Of a DNA stretch of 64,000 nt, positions 22,622-34,016 are shown piece after piece. The notes under the pieces were generated by a model. The model saw only the letters and a program-made list of their open reading frames with translations. It made no database searches and was not told where the DNA came from. The position numbers and the translations under genes were made by a program. This stretch comes from an uncultured archaeon (GTDB lineage Archaea > Asgardarchaeota > Lokiarchaeia > Sigyniarchaeales > SOKP01). Position 1 is the stretch's first letter. Each line of letters starts with the position of its first letter. Where the stretch lies: positions 1 through 64,000 of the forward strand of contig CAZWEM010000004.1 of NCBI GenBank assembly GCA_964632315.1, given 5' to 3'.

Positions 22622-23920
22622 GTGGTGCATGGATCATTGAAATTTAACATTTCAAAAACTTTCATCGGACTCTCATCCTTTCAAGTTTTAGCGATGTTTC
22701 GAAGGGGTTTGTTCTATACCTATTTATCCATCTATTTTAGAGATTTTCTTGGATTAAGTGTCACTGAAACGACACTTTATGCCACCCTACCAATGATAAT
22801 GAGTGTTATATTTCAAAATTTTGTTTGGGGACCTATAAGTGATAAATTTCAGCGACGTAGAACATTGATAATATTAGGAGAAATTTTAGCTGGAATAGGT
22901 ACAATCTTAGTTTGGTTAATCCACTATGGCATTAATAATCTATTTATTGCTGGATATGTAATAATTTTAGGCTTGTCAATCATTGAAATATTTTGGAGCA
23001 TGAGTAACATAGGATGGAGTGCGCTTATTAGCGATTTGTATCCCTCTCTTCATAGGAGTAAAGTGATGGGGCAACTAACTTCAATTGGAGGTGTGGGTAG
23101 GATTATTGGGATTTCTATCGGAGGTTTATTATACGATAATGGTTTTGGTTTTCGTGATGGCCCTCTTTTTTTTGTTGCATCCTTAGTGATGTTTATTTCT
23201 ACACTCCCAATGTTATTTACTCCCGAGGGGGGGATAAAGATAGACAAGTTTGAGGAGCCCAACAAAGAAATGGGTAAAGAAACACCACCTAATTTTAAAA
23301 TTATATTTTGGATATTCATTTTATCACTAATATTTATTAATTTTGGAAGAAATAGTATTGCGATACCGTATTCCCAATATTTAACTTTAGAATCTGGGTT
23401 TAACGTAAATAGTATTGTCTTAAGTTATATTGCTAACACAAGATCAGTCGCAGTTCTATTAATAGGATATTCTGCAGGATTCTTAAGTAAAAAGATGGGA
23501 CATGCAAAAACATTGATACTAGGGACGTCTTTATCCATAGCAGCATTATTAATCACTGCATTATCCCCGAATTTATTTCTCATTTTTGTAGGAAGCTTCT
23601 TAATCGGTACTGGAGATGTAATAATTACCGCTTCATCCTATGCTTTAGCATCAGATCTAATTCCTGCTAAAATTCGCGCGAAACTTTTTGGAGTGTATAA
23701 TACAACATTTTTCTTATCGTGGGGAATTGCTGGAACGCTAATAACCGCACCTATAATTGATCTTCTAATTTACCAAGGTTTTAGTGAAGTTTTTGCTTAT
23801 GTTATATCCTTTATCATCGCTGCTTTAATATCAATTATTGGATTAGCGATATTCATAACTTTAGAAATAATCTTAAAAATAAAAAAAAAGAAAAAAATAA
23901 TTAATCGACTAATTTCATAA
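22622..23920 (+). CDS. MFS transporter
   Basis: About 12 TM segments; motif [12 protein letters not shown]. Confidence 0.85.
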   Translation: MVHGSLKFNISKTFIGLSSFQVLAMFRRGLFYTYLSIYFRDFLGLSVTETTLYATLPMIMSVIFQNFVWGPISDKFQRRRTLIILGEILAGIGTILVWLIHYGINNLFIAGYVIILGLSIIEIFWSMSNIGWSALISDLYPSLHRSKVMGQLTSIGGVGRIIGISIGGLLYDNGFGFRDGPLFFVASLVMFISTLPMLFTPEGGIKIDKFEEPNKEMGKETPPNFKIIFWIFILSLIFINFGRNSIAIPYSQYLTLESGFNVNSIVLSYIANTRSVAVLLIGYSAGFLSKKMGHAKTLILGTSLSIAALLITALSPNLFLIFVGSFLIGTGDVIITASSYALASDLIPAKIRAKLFGVYNTTFFLSWGIAGTLITAPIIDLLIYQGFSEVFAYVISFIIAALISIIGLAIFITLEIILKIKKKKKIINRLIS

Positions 23921-26900
23921 TCTTTCCGTGATGCTTAGGGATTGGTTGAGATCCACAAGAAGAGCCCATCCAACACACTAATTGATCTCCTTCTTGATGC
24001 ATTGGTTTACCACAATGACTAGGAACATCTTGTGTTTCTCCACATTCCACACATTTTAATTTTGGCACTTTTTCTACAACCTCTTTCTTATCAGATTTAA
24101 AATCTTCTTTCTCATTGGTGATATATTTATCTGGTTGTTTTTTAAATTCAACCAAACATGATTGATTACAGAAATAATACTTTTTTCCATTGAGCTCATA
24201 TTCAATCCAATCTTCTGGTTTTCCCACCATTCCACAAACTGGATCGGTCACAAGATTTTCTGATTCAGCTTGTTTATGCATGAGTTTTGGATTAATATTA
24301 TCGAAATTTATATATTTTTCTGGGTTAGATTTGAATTCTTTCTCGCATCCAGCGCTACAGAAATAATATTTCTTATCTTTGTATTTGTATTCAATCGATT
24401 GGCTTGGAATGATTTCCATACCACAAATTGGATCTATTACCTTTTCTTCTGTTAATAACTTCATTTCTTCTAATTGTTGTTTTGTTCTAGGTTCATAACG
24501 TTTTAGGAATAAAGCATTTGTTACAACTGAAACAGAACTAGACGCCATAAATATTGCTGCTAAATATGGTGGTAGAAAGAAACCTGTTAGAGTATATAAT
24601 AATCCAGCTGCTAATGGTATACCAATCACGTTATATATTAACGCCCAAAATAAGTTAGTGATCATTTTTCGGTAAGTCTTCTTTGACAGATTAATAGCTG
24701 CTACTACATTTCTTAAATCTCCTCTCATAAGGACAATATCTGCAGTTTCTATTGCAACATCGGTTCCAGATCCAATAGCTATACCAACATTAGCTTGAGC
24801 TAGTGCTGGAGCATCATTTATACCATCACCTACCATAGCAACATTAAGATCTTCATCAGATTCTTGCAAATCTTTAATGACTAAAGCTTTTTCATTTGGT
24901 AAAACCTCAGCTAAAACATGATCTTCATCGAAATTTAAGTCTCTGCCAATACTCATTGCAGTTTGTTTATTGTCTCCTGTTAACATGTAAATTTCTAAAC
25001 CTTTTTTTCGTAGTTCTTCTATAGCATAAGGTGTTTGTTCTTTGACTTTATCTGAAATTCCTAAAAGACCTTTTACTTCTTTATTTATGCTAATTAATAT
25101 CGTTGTTATCCCCTTTTGCTGATATTCATTAAATTTTTCTCTAAATCGTCCGAAATCAATGCTATTATCTTCAAATAACTTCTTATTACCGACGTGTACA
25201 ATATTATCAGAAATTGAGGTAATGATACCTTTACCTGGAATTGCTTCGAAATCTCTTGGAGAAATCAAAGATAATCCTCTCTGATTTGCTTCTTCGATTA
25301 TGGATTGTCCAATAGGATGTTCGGATCCCATTTCAGCACTTCCAGCGTAGAAAAGAATTTCGTTATCATCCATTCCTTCTTTTTTCAAATCATTTTCTGA
25401 ATAAATCACTGATACTTTAGGTTTTCCTACTGTTAGAGTTCCAGTTTTATCAAAAACGATTGAATTAATATCATTTACTGCCTCTAATGAATCTCCACCC
25501 TTCATTAAAATGCCGGTTTCTGCTCCTTTACCCGTACCGACCATTATTGCTGTTGGTATGGCTAGACCTAATGCACAGGGGCAAGATATAACCACAACGG
25601 AGGAAAATACTAACAAAGCAATCTCAAGAGACACTCCAGCAATGAAAAACCAATATAAAAATGCACCCGTAGCTATAATCACTACAGCAGGAACAAAGTA
25701 ATTACTGACCCTATCTGCTAATCGTTGTCGTGATCCCTTCCGGGCTTGAGCTTCTTTCACAAAATCAATAATTTGGAATAAAACGGTATCTTTTCCAACC
25801 TTTTCTGTAATTATTTTAATTAAACCTGTTTGATTTACTGTGGCTCCTATAACCTTATCATCAACTGTTTTTTTAACATACTTACTTTCTCCCGTAATCA
25901 TTGATTCATCTATTTTTGTTTTTCCTTCAGCTATTTTTCCATCAACAGGTATCTTTTCTCCGGGTCTGACTATTAACTTGTCTCCAATTTCAATTTCCTC
26001 AATTGGAATTTCAATTTCTTTACCATCCTTCAATAGAGTTGCTGTTTTTGGTTGTAGTCCTATCAATTTTTTTATTGCTTCAGAAGCCTGTCCTTTAGTT
26101 TTATGTTCTAAATATTTACCGATTAAAATGAAAGCAAAGATCATACTCATTGCATCATAAAAAGCTTCTCCAGAAATGAAGAAAGTTGTGAATAATGAAT
26201 AGACATAAGCAGTAGTAGTACCTAATACGATTAAGACATCCATATTGGTTGATTTATTCTTAAGCGATTTATATGCTCCTCCTAAGAAGAAAGAACCTGA
26301 AATGGCATAGTTAGCAGTAGCAAGAATTGCTAAGATAAGATTTCGAGTAAATGTTGGAGGTACGACGAAATTAATAGGGCTAATGATTGCTGCAAATATT
26401 AAAGAGATGATTAGCAGACGTAAACGGTATCTCATTTCTTTTTTATGTTGCTCAACTTCTTTATCTATAGCTCCAGCGGCTTTTTCAATGCGATAGCCAA
26501 AATTTTTGACTCTTGAAAATATTTCTTGTTCTGTTAATTTTGATTCGTTAAACTCTATAAAAAATTTCAAAGCCTCATAATTTTGCCTGACATTATGAAT
26601 CCCATCAATCTCCTCAATTTTTGTTCCTAAATTTTCAAACGCTTCTTTTGAAATATTATCAACAACTTTAAGATCCATCTTCGCTAATGAAGCTTTATAT
26701 CCTAAATCTGTAATAGCTTTATTAAAGATATCATAATTTGTGACTTTTTTATCATATTCTACAGTAGCTTCTTCATTTGCAAAATTAACTATTGAACTAC
26801 CGACTCCGTCAAGACCTTTTAATTTAGTTTCAATTTTTAATGCACAACTAGCACAAGTCATTCCACCAAGCTTGATTTTTACCTTTTCTTTAGGTTCTAT
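23901..26900 (-). CDS. copA: Cu(I)-translocating P1B-type ATPase with N-terminal HMA domains, two C-terminal YHS domains and a Cys/His tail
   Basis: [44 protein letters not shown]; DPICGM and DPVCGM..YYFC. Frame extends upstream to ATA at 26900. Confidence 0.93.
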   Translation of the reverse strand: MEPKEKVKIKLGGMTCASCALKIETKLKGLDGVGSSIVNFANEEATVEYDKKVTNYDIFNKAITDLGYKASLAKMDLKVVDNISKEAFENLGTKIEEIDGIHNVRQNYEALKFFIEFNESKLTEQEIFSRVKNFGYRIEKAAGAIDKEVEQHKKEMRYRLRLLIISLIFAAIISPINFVVPPTFTRNLILAILATANYAISGSFFLGGAYKSLKNKSTNMDVLIVLGTTTAYVYSLFTTFFISGEAFYDAMSMIFAFILIGKYLEHKTKGQASEAIKKLIGLQPKTATLLKDGKEIEIPIEEIEIGDKLIVRPGEKIPVDGKIAEGKTKIDESMITGESKYVKKTVDDKVIGATVNQTGLIKIITEKVGKDTVLFQIIDFVKEAQARKGSRQRLADRVSNYFVPAVVIIATGAFLYWFFIAGVSLEIALLVFSSVVVISCPCALGLAIPTAIMVGTGKGAETGILMKGGDSLEAVNDINSIVFDKTGTLTVGKPKVSVIYSENDLKKEGMDDNEILFYAGSAEMGSEHPIGQSIIEEANQRGLSLISPRDFEAIPGKGIITSISDNIVHVGNKKLFEDNSIDFGRFREKFNEYQQKGITTILISINKEVKGLLGISDKVKEQTPYAIEELRKKGLEIYMLTGDNKQTAMSIGRDLNFDEDHVLAEVLPNEKALVIKDLQESDEDLNVAMVGDGINDAPALAQANVGIAIGSGTDVAIETADIVLMRGDLRNVVAAINLSKKTYRKMITNLFWALIYNVIGIPLAAGLLYTLTGFFLPPYLAAIFMASSSVSVVTNALFLKRYEPRTKQQLEEMKLLTEEKVIDPICGMEIIPSQSIEYKYKDKKYYFCSAGCEKEFKSNPEKYINFDNINPKLMHKQAESENLVTDPVCGMVGKPEDWIEYELNGKKYYFCNQSCLVEFKKQPDKYITNEKEDFKSDKKEVVEKVPKLKCVECGETQDVPSHCGKPMHQEGDQLVCWMGSSCGSQPIPKHHGKIMKLVD

Positions 26901-27042
26901 ATCGTTTCACCATTAAATTTGCTACTTTATTATATTAAATGCCGTTATTATAGCTATGGGTTATAAAAAGTAAAGTAATAAAGCTCGATTTATATTCAAA
27001 AAAGTGTAATGTTCAATAATGTTATATTTTATAATTAGAAAA

Positions 27043-27423
27043 TTAAGAATGTTTATTTTGATATTTTTTAATGGCATCATGAAGCGCATCAGCTGCGAGA
27101 TTACTGCAATGCATTTTAATTGGAGGTAATCCATCTAGTGCTTCGGCGACATCATTTCTTGTGAGTTTTAAAGCATCTTCTAATGTTAATCCTTTAGCTA
27201 ATTCTGTGATCATAGAAGATGTAGCAATAGCTGCTGCGCAGCCAAATGTTTGAAAACTAATATCATCGATTACTTCCTGATCTCCTTCTATTTTTACCTT
27301 AATATAAATATACATTAAATCTCCACAAACAGGATTTCCATGTTCTCCAACAGCGTCCGCATCTTTTATTTCTCCCATGTTGCGAGGATTTTTAAAATGT
27401 TCCATTACTTTTTCAGAATAGAT
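27043..27423 (-). CDS. iscU: IscU/NifU-type Fe-S scaffold
   Basis: YSEKVMEHFKNPRN, GNPVCGD, FGCAAAIA, KMHCSNL; the conserved N-terminus extends upstream of the called ATG. Confidence 0.93.
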   Translation of the reverse strand: MYSEKVMEHFKNPRNMGEIKDADAVGEHGNPVCGDLMYIYIKVKIEGDQEVIDDISFQTFGCAAAIATSSMITELAKGLTLEDALKLTRNDVAEALDGLPPIKMHCSNLAADALHDAIKKYQNKHS

Positions 27424-27502
27424 AATTTATCACCTTATATTAAGAATTAGTGCAATTAAATTATAATTATAAAAATGAATGGTTATACCAAAAAAATAAA
27501 AT

Positions 27503-29842
27503 TCAGTTTAGAATAAGTAATTTTCTCTTTTTTGGCAATGATACCTTCTCAACTCCTAAATCTTTTACATGATCAACTGCTTCTATTAATTTCTTTGCCG
27601 ATTGATGGAAAAAGCACACTTCTCTTGGTTCTAAAGCTTTTACCATCTCTGCAAGTTGATTTTTATCTGCATGTAGTTTTATTTGGAGTTGGGGTGCGAA
27701 TGTATTCAATAATAATGCTCTAAAAGGAACAATCCATGTGTCAGTAAATTCAATCTCATCACCTCCCTCAACTAATTCAATTCCTGGCGATTCATGAATT
27801 GAACCAGCTAAAAAAACTAGATTATGAGGATTTCTCCCGACACTATTTATAATATTACGGATAATTCCGTAGGATAAGTCAGGTGGATGAGATATAATAA
27901 TATTATTTCTTTCTCTTAAGAAATTTAAATCATCTAAATCAAACCAACGAAATTTTATTGAATTAAAAGGATTTGCCTTATCCTTAATAAGCCTTGAAAT
28001 CGGTCCGTAAATATATTCATATCTATGATTGATTACCTCAATGTTTTTCTTTACCATCATATCAACGTATATATTAGGACGCTTTTTGAAACCTTTTCTC
28101 AATTGTAATTTTCGAAAATATCTCCAAAAAATCAGCATGAATGTAATAGCTAAACTTGAAGGATCTGCTCCAATCAAAACGTTATCTTCATATTCTGCTT
28201 TTTGTTCCAGAAATAAAATTAGACTATGAAATTGATCAGAAATATGGCCATGGTCTTCTGTTGCACTTGTCCCATCAATTAACAGATAATCAATCGGTCT
28301 GGAAATCTGTTCAAGAAAACGTCTTGTTCCAGCAAATGGAGTAATATCGTGATAAGTATAATCTCCAGTGTATAAAAATCGAAAATCATTAATCTTAGCC
28401 AAAAACATTAGAGCACCAGGCATATGACCAGCGTGAAAAAATGACAAATAGCAGTTTTTATTTTGAAATTCAACTTTTTCTCCATTTTCTACATAAATTA
28501 CATTTTGAATTATATTTCGATACTCTTCTTGCTCGATTGAATCATGAGATTCTTGTTTCAAAAAATTAGAATCTCGAAGGAGAAATAGATCTAAGGTTAT
28601 TCTTGAGGTTAATATCGGGATGTCAGGATAGATTTCTATTAATCTTTTAAGTCCCGATACATGATCATAATGCGAATGAGATATAAAAAGCGCGTCAATT
28701 TTTGCTTTTGATTTCGGCTCAAAAGTATTTGCTTCATTAAAAGAGGGAAATTCTTCTTCATTATCTTCCACTACTTCAAGTTGCTCAGTGCTTTTTTTTT
28801 CAGCCTCCGAAATTAATAAAGATAAATTGGCCAAATAATCTTCAATATGTTCAAAATCATCTTTCTTTTTTTCAATATTCTGTTCTTCCTCTTCTTGAGT
28901 TGATGATTCTGAGATACCACAGTCAATTAGTATGTTAATATCTCCTATTCCTAAAATGTGACAATTATGGTTAGGTTTTAAAACAATAGGATAAATAGTT
29001 ATCCGAATATCAGATGATGGATTTGAAGTATTGAGATTGATATTCTTAAAGTACTCTTGATCATATCTTTTAGGGATTTCATCAATTGCTTGGCAAATAT
29101 CACTTGATCCCACTGGAACACCCGTAATATAGAAATACCATCCGTAGAGTCTGACTAAATCCGTTAAATGCTCATACATCTTATCTCCGATTAGAGATTT
29201 CACTACAATTACTCTCTCTTTGTGATAATAAATGGCCTTTTTAATTCCCTTCTTCTCTTTGAAAGGAACGAGTTTATTATCTTGAAAAAAGTGATTTAAA
29301 ACGTCATGAATATCCATCTGTGGAATATTGTTTGATTTTATAAACTTAGAATAATGAAAATACTCCTTGGTAAAATATAAAGATCGCATATTTTGTTTTT
29401 CTTCAAGTTCAATCGATATATCTTTAATATTGTAAGTTTGAGTGGAAATTGTAATTTCTTCTTTTTTTTGTTTTTTTGAAATTTTATGATCCTTCTTACT
29501 CTTCTTCTCTTTGTCAACTAAATAAAAGAACCAACCATACTGATTTACTAATTCATTCCTTTTATGTATGAACTCTTTTCCAGAGCTTGTAATTAATATT
29601 ATTAGTTTGTCCGATTCACTATATATTATTTTAGATATAGATTTCTTCACTTCATTTGAGATAATAGTATTCTCAAAAAAAAGATGTCTCAATAATTCTT
29701 TAATAGGTTTCTGGGGAATCTTATTTTTATCCATGTATTGGATTTGCTTCTTGTAGATGTTGATTTTATAGGATGATTTGATTTTTTCTCTTGCTTCGAG
29801 AATTATCATATGATCAAAAAATTTGAATTCCTCTTCAACCAT
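27503..29842 (-). CDS. beta-CASP MBL-fold ribonuclease (aCPSF-like) with a duplicated N-terminal domain
   Basis: LIDCG, SHSHYDH, AGHMPG, YTGD, LHAD and FFH motifs. Confidence 0.82.
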   Translation of the reverse strand: MVEEEFKFFDHMIILEAREKIKSSYKINIYKKQIQYMDKNKIPQKPIKELLRHLFFENTIISNEVKKSISKIIYSESDKLIILITSSGKEFIHKRNELVNQYGWFFYLVDKEKKSKKDHKISKKQKKEEITISTQTYNIKDISIELEEKQNMRSLYFTKEYFHYSKFIKSNNIPQMDIHDVLNHFFQDNKLVPFKEKKGIKKAIYYHKERVIVVKSLIGDKMYEHLTDLVRLYGWYFYITGVPVGSSDICQAIDEIPKRYDQEYFKNINLNTSNPSSDIRITIYPIVLKPNHNCHILGIGDINILIDCGISESSTQEEEEQNIEKKKDDFEHIEDYLANLSLLISEAEKKSTEQLEVVEDNEEEFPSFNEANTFEPKSKAKIDALFISHSHYDHVSGLKRLIEIYPDIPILTSRITLDLFLLRDSNFLKQESHDSIEQEEYRNIIQNVIYVENGEKVEFQNKNCYLSFFHAGHMPGALMFLAKINDFRFLYTGDYTYHDITPFAGTRRFLEQISRPIDYLLIDGTSATEDHGHISDQFHSLILFLEQKAEYEDNVLIGADPSSLAITFMLIFWRYFRKLQLRKGFKKRPNIYVDMMVKKNIEVINHRYEYIYGPISRLIKDKANPFNSIKFRWFDLDDLNFLRERNNIIISHPPDLSYGIIRNIINSVGRNPHNLVFLAGSIHESPGIELVEGGDEIEFTDTWIVPFRALLLNTFAPQLQIKLHADKNQLAEMVKALEPREVCFFHQSAKKLIEAVDHVKDLGVEKVSLPKKRKLLILN

Positions 29843-29997
29843 TAACTAAGACAATATTTCACTCAAAAAAACAATTACTTTTTTTCTAAATGATAATATT
29901 TTGTAAGGAAAAAATACATTGATTCTGATAAAAATATTTAAGTTTAGAAGAGAATTAAGTTTTAAGCAAAACAAAATTGAAAAAATAGCGAACAAAT

Positions 29998-30402
29998 TTA
30001 TTTGAACTTCAAGAATTTAACTCTTTTTAGTTGGGATTTTAATTCTTGAACAGGATAATTCTTATTTTTAATAGTTGAGGAAACATTCGAAAAATCTAAT
30101 CCGTTCAAAAGATCTTTATGATTTTCTTTTGAGAGTTCTAGTTCTATAATTTCAGGTAATTCTTTTATGTCATATACTATAGCACTCAATTCTTGGAATC
30201 TTGAACTCAAGAATTCTTCAATCCGCTTACTAAACTTGATAGAAATAGAAGGTGAAACAGACATCAAGTCAATGCACTCAGTTAAAATGTGAATAAATTG
30301 TTTATTTAACTTCACAACTCCGTATTCTTTCCCTTTTTCTTTATATTCTTTCTTAATTAACAAAACCTCATCTTCAATAACATTATATTCATATTCTTTC
30401 AT
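29998..30402 (-). CDS. Hypothetical protein
   Basis: 134-aa ORF with a GGAG RBS upstream. Confidence 0.6.
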   Translation of the reverse strand: MKEYEYNVIEDEVLLIKKEYKEKGKEYGVVKLNKQFIHILTECIDLMSVSPSISIKFSKRIEEFLSSRFQELSAIVYDIKELPEIIELELSKENHKDLLNGLDFSNVSSTIKNKNYPVQELKSQLKRVKFLKFK

Positions 30403-30862
30403 ATTATTGAATCTCCATAGATTATCTCAATAATATCTTTTAAAAAATTGTGCTATTTAAATTTTTACGTTATTCGCTCATTGAATAAAAGAATATTGAT
30501 TTGAACTTGGATTTAATTTAATTTTATACTTTGACCATAGAGAAAGAATGTAACTTCCCTAAAGTTCTATAGCTCTTAATATCGCATTTACCTATTTATT
30601 TTTAATTATAAGCTCTCATCAAGAGAGCATGAGATATAAAGAAGGTTACTTCTCTTTAACATTTTTTTAGTAAATAAAAAAGTTTATAAGCAATTTATTT
30701 ATATCTTTACATCAGAAGTAATTGTTAATATTACTAAAAAAAGATATAAGCTATAGAGATTTAATCAGAAAATTTGTGTTTATTATAAGAGAATTACATG
30801 GTATCATAAACTATATTATAGAAAATAAAAAAAGCACGTAGGAAAGTGTATAATAAGACAGA

Positions 30863-32776
30863 ATGAGTAATAAGAACATAAATGGTGAAAGAAAAACCAA
30901 CAATATGCCTATTTGCTTAGGACCAATCTCGGACTTAGAAGAATATGTTAAAGAAGATTGGTGGAATAAGATTTTTAATGCTTATTATTTGAAAACAGAT
31001 GGAGATGTTGTTGAAGATGAGAAGATCACTTCCCAAGAAATAGATTATTTCATAAAATTACTTGATATTAAGTCTGAAGATTCTATTTTAGATTTATGTT
31101 GTGGACAGGGTCGTCATACTATGGAATTAGCGAGAAGAGGCTTTCAAAATGTTGAGGGATTAGATAGATCCAGATATTTAATTAGGAAAGCGAGAGCAAC
31201 TGCGAGAAAACGTAATATTAACTGTCGCTTCAGAGAAGGGGATGCAAGAAATTTACCGTATAAATCAGACTCCTTTAATGCCATTTTATTATTAGGAAAT
31301 AGTTTTGGCTACTTTGAATCTATATCTGATGATCTGAAAGTTTTAAAACAAGTACATGCAACTCTAAAACCATGGGGGAAATTATTTATCGATTTGACTG
31401 ATGGAGATTATCTTAGAGCAAATTATCAACCACGATCTTGGGAGTGGATTGATAAGGAATTATTTGTTTGTCGAGAAAGATCGTTATCCTTAGATAAACA
31501 AAGGTTGATTTCAAGAGAGGTCATAACACACGTCAATAAAGGTGTTTTAGTTGATCAATTCTATGCTGAGAGGCTATATTCTGAAGAAAAAATAGCTGAA
31601 TTATTAAAGAATGCAGGATTCAGTGATATCACTTTCCATGGAACGATCAAACCTGAATCGCAACGTGATCAAGATTTAGGAATGATGGAACGGAGGATTT
31701 TAGTGAGTGCAATTGTCAAAAAAGATTGGACCACTACAAGGTCGAGGATAAAACCGGGAACAAAGAAAATAACGGTCATTTTTGGTGATCCAAATAAACC
31801 TGATATTTTAAAACCATTACGGATATTTGATGATGATGATTTTTACACTATCGATCAACTTAAGGCTGCATTGAAAGATATCGAAGGATATAACTTTACC
31901 TATTTAAATAATCACGATACTCTTATTAACGATTTAATTAAAAGTAAGCAAGAGACTGATTATGTACTTAATTTGTGTGATGAAGGATTTTTCAATGATG
32001 CTAGAAATGAGCTTCACGTACCAGCTCTTTTAGAAATACTTAAGATCCCCTATAGTGGTTCTGGTCCACAATGTTTAGCATTTTGTTATGATAAGTCATT
32101 GATTAGAGGCATAGCGAAAGAATTGGATATTCCTGTTCCTGAAGCATTGTTCATAAAACCAGAAGATAATGTTATTGACTTACCACTATATTTCCCAGCA
32201 ATAGTTAAACCAAATTTAGGAGATTCTAGTTTTGGAATAACGCAAAGAAGTGTAGTGAATAATGGTGAACAGTTATTAAGTGCAATAAGAGAAATTAGAG
32301 AAAAATTTGGATATGATCATCCGATATTGGTGGAGCAGTTCTTAACAGGCAAGGATTTAACAATTGGAATAATTGGTAACCCTCCAGATAATTATCTCGT
32401 GCTACCAACATTAGAAGAGGATTATTCAAATTTACCTCCAGAATTACCACGAATATGTGGTTATGAAGCAAAATGGCAACCGGATTCACCGTATTGGAAC
32501 CTTAGTTCCATCAAAGCTGAGCTTCCAGAGGATGTAGCTTTAAAGATTGAAAGCTGTTCACTAAAGTTATTTGAGAGATTAGAGTGCAGAGATTATGTTA
32601 GATTTGATTGGAGATTAGATAAGGATGGGAACCCAAAATTACTTGAAGTGAATCCAAATCCAGGATGGTGTTGGGATGGTCATCTAGCAAAAATGGCAAA
32701 ATTTGATGGCCTTAATTATCAGCAAATGCTGGAGAGAATTTTAAATACTGCTGAAAAACGAATTGGAATTACATAA
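30863..32776 (+). CDS. Fusion of class I SAM-dependent methyltransferase and D-Ala-D-Ala-ligase-like ATP-grasp domain
   Basis: LDLCCGQGRH, GDAR, GNSFGYF; IPYSGS, YDKS, KPNLGDSSFGI, RFDWR, LEVNPNPG. Confidence 0.88.
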   Translation: MSNKNINGERKTNNMPICLGPISDLEEYVKEDWWNKIFNAYYLKTDGDVVEDEKITSQEIDYFIKLLDIKSEDSILDLCCGQGRHTMELARRGFQNVEGLDRSRYLIRKARATARKRNINCRFREGDARNLPYKSDSFNAILLLGNSFGYFESISDDLKVLKQVHATLKPWGKLFIDLTDGDYLRANYQPRSWEWIDKELFVCRERSLSLDKQRLISREVITHVNKGVLVDQFYAERLYSEEKIAELLKNAGFSDITFHGTIKPESQRDQDLGMMERRILVSAIVKKDWTTTRSRIKPGTKKITVIFGDPNKPDILKPLRIFDDDDFYTIDQLKAALKDIEGYNFTYLNNHDTLINDLIKSKQETDYVLNLCDEGFFNDARNELHVPALLEILKIPYSGSGPQCLAFCYDKSLIRGIAKELDIPVPEALFIKPEDNVIDLPLYFPAIVKPNLGDSSFGITQRSVVNNGEQLLSAIREIREKFGYDHPILVEQFLTGKDLTIGIIGNPPDNYLVLPTLEEDYSNLPPELPRICGYEAKWQPDSPYWNLSSIKAELPEDVALKIESCSLKLFERLECRDYVRFDWRLDKDGNPKLLEVNPNPGWCWDGHLAKMAKFDGLNYQQMLERILNTAEKRIGIT

Positions 32777-32798
32777 CTAAACTAAAGGGAAATATCGC

Positions 32799-34016
32799 AT
32801 GCAATCCGTAGGAGACGACGAGGATAAAAAAAGAAGAGATGAGGAAGATCTAGAATACCTTACTTCTTATATTCGTCATCTTGAGAATAGGATAAAAATC
32901 ATTGAAAGTGATAATCAATATTTACGAGTTGAGACCGCTAGAATAAATGATGATTTACGTTCACTTAAAAAAGAATTAGATAGCCTTGTTGAAACACCCT
33001 TGTTAACGGGAACGGTTATAGATGTTTTGGATGAAAACTCAGAAAGATTGATCGTTAGAGCATCAACTAATGTTGAATATGTGGTAAAAGCAATTGAAAA
33101 AATCAGAAAAAATAAAATAATTCCTGGAACAAACGTAGCATTAAATCAAAGATCATTTAGTGTGGTTGATATTTTACCTACTAACATAGATCCTTATGTT
33201 AAGGGCATGGAGCTCATGGATACGCCCCCAGATGTGTCATATCAAGATGTAGGGGGATTAGAAGAGCAGATCCAGGAGATTAGAGAAGCAGTAGAATTGC
33301 CTTTACTAAAACCCGAATTATTCAAAAAGATTGGGATAGATCCTCCTAAGGGAGCATTATTTTATGGTCCTCCTGGCACTGGAAAAACTTTATTAGCTAA
33401 AGCAGTTGCTCACGAGACACAATCGACGTTCATTAGAGTGATCGGTTCAGAATTAGTCCAGAAATTTATTGGGGAAGGTGCTCGAATAATTAGAGAAATC
33501 TTTACTTTAGCAAAGAAGAAAGCACCCACAATATTATTCGTAGATGAATTGGATGCAATTGGAACGGTTAGAATGGAAGATGCTACATCAGGTGATCGTG
33601 AGGTTAATAGAACTTTAATGCAATTGTTGAGTGAATTAGATGGATTCGATAATAGAGGCGATGTGAAATTCATTGGAGCAACAAATCGAGTTGACATTCT
33701 TGATCCTGCTATCTTACGACCAGGTAGATTTGATAGATTGATTGAGTTTCCTCTACCTAATGAGATTGCTAGGGAAGCGATATTTAAAATTCATATGAGA
33801 ACTCTAAATATGGAGGAAAATATAAATGTAAACCAATATGTCAAACTTGCAGAGGGTGGAACAGGTTCAGATATTAAAGCGATTTGTACTGAGGCAGGAA
33901 TGTATGCCATTAGAAGAAATGAATATACAATAACTAATGGAGACTTTTTAAACGCGATTAAAAAAGTTCTGCATAAAGAACTTGCTGAAGAAGAAAGATT
34001 TGATCTGTTTATCTGA
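32799..34016 (+). CDS. pan: Proteasome-activating nucleotidase
   Basis: N-terminal coiled coil plus OB fold; GPPGTGKT, KFIGEG, FVDELD, ATNR..LDPAILRPGRFDR. Confidence 0.93.
   Translation: MQSVGDDEDKKRRDEEDLEYLTSYIRHLENRIKIIESDNQYLRVETARINDDLRSLKKELDSLVETPLLTGTVIDVLDENSERLIVRASTNVEYVVKAIEKIRKNKIIPGTNVALNQRSFSVVDILPTNIDPYVKGMELMDTPPDVSYQDVGGLEEQIQEIREAVELPLLKPELFKKIGIDPPKGALFYGPPGTGKTLLAKAVAHETQSTFIRVIGSELVQKFIGEGARIIREIFTLAKKKAPTILFVDELDAIGTVRMEDATSGDREVNRTLMQLLSELDGFDNRGDVKFIGATNRVDILDPAILRPGRFDRLIEFPLPNEIAREAIFKIHMRTLNMEENINVNQYVKLAEGGTGSDIKAICTEAGMYAIRRNEYTITNGDFLNAIKKVLHKELAEEERFDLFI

Noticed and set aside
30612-30660. SAM-I riboswitch (CTCTCATCAAGAGAG resembles its 5' end)
   Set aside because: The downstream GAGGGA-CTGGCCC, GCAAC and GTGC elements are absent.
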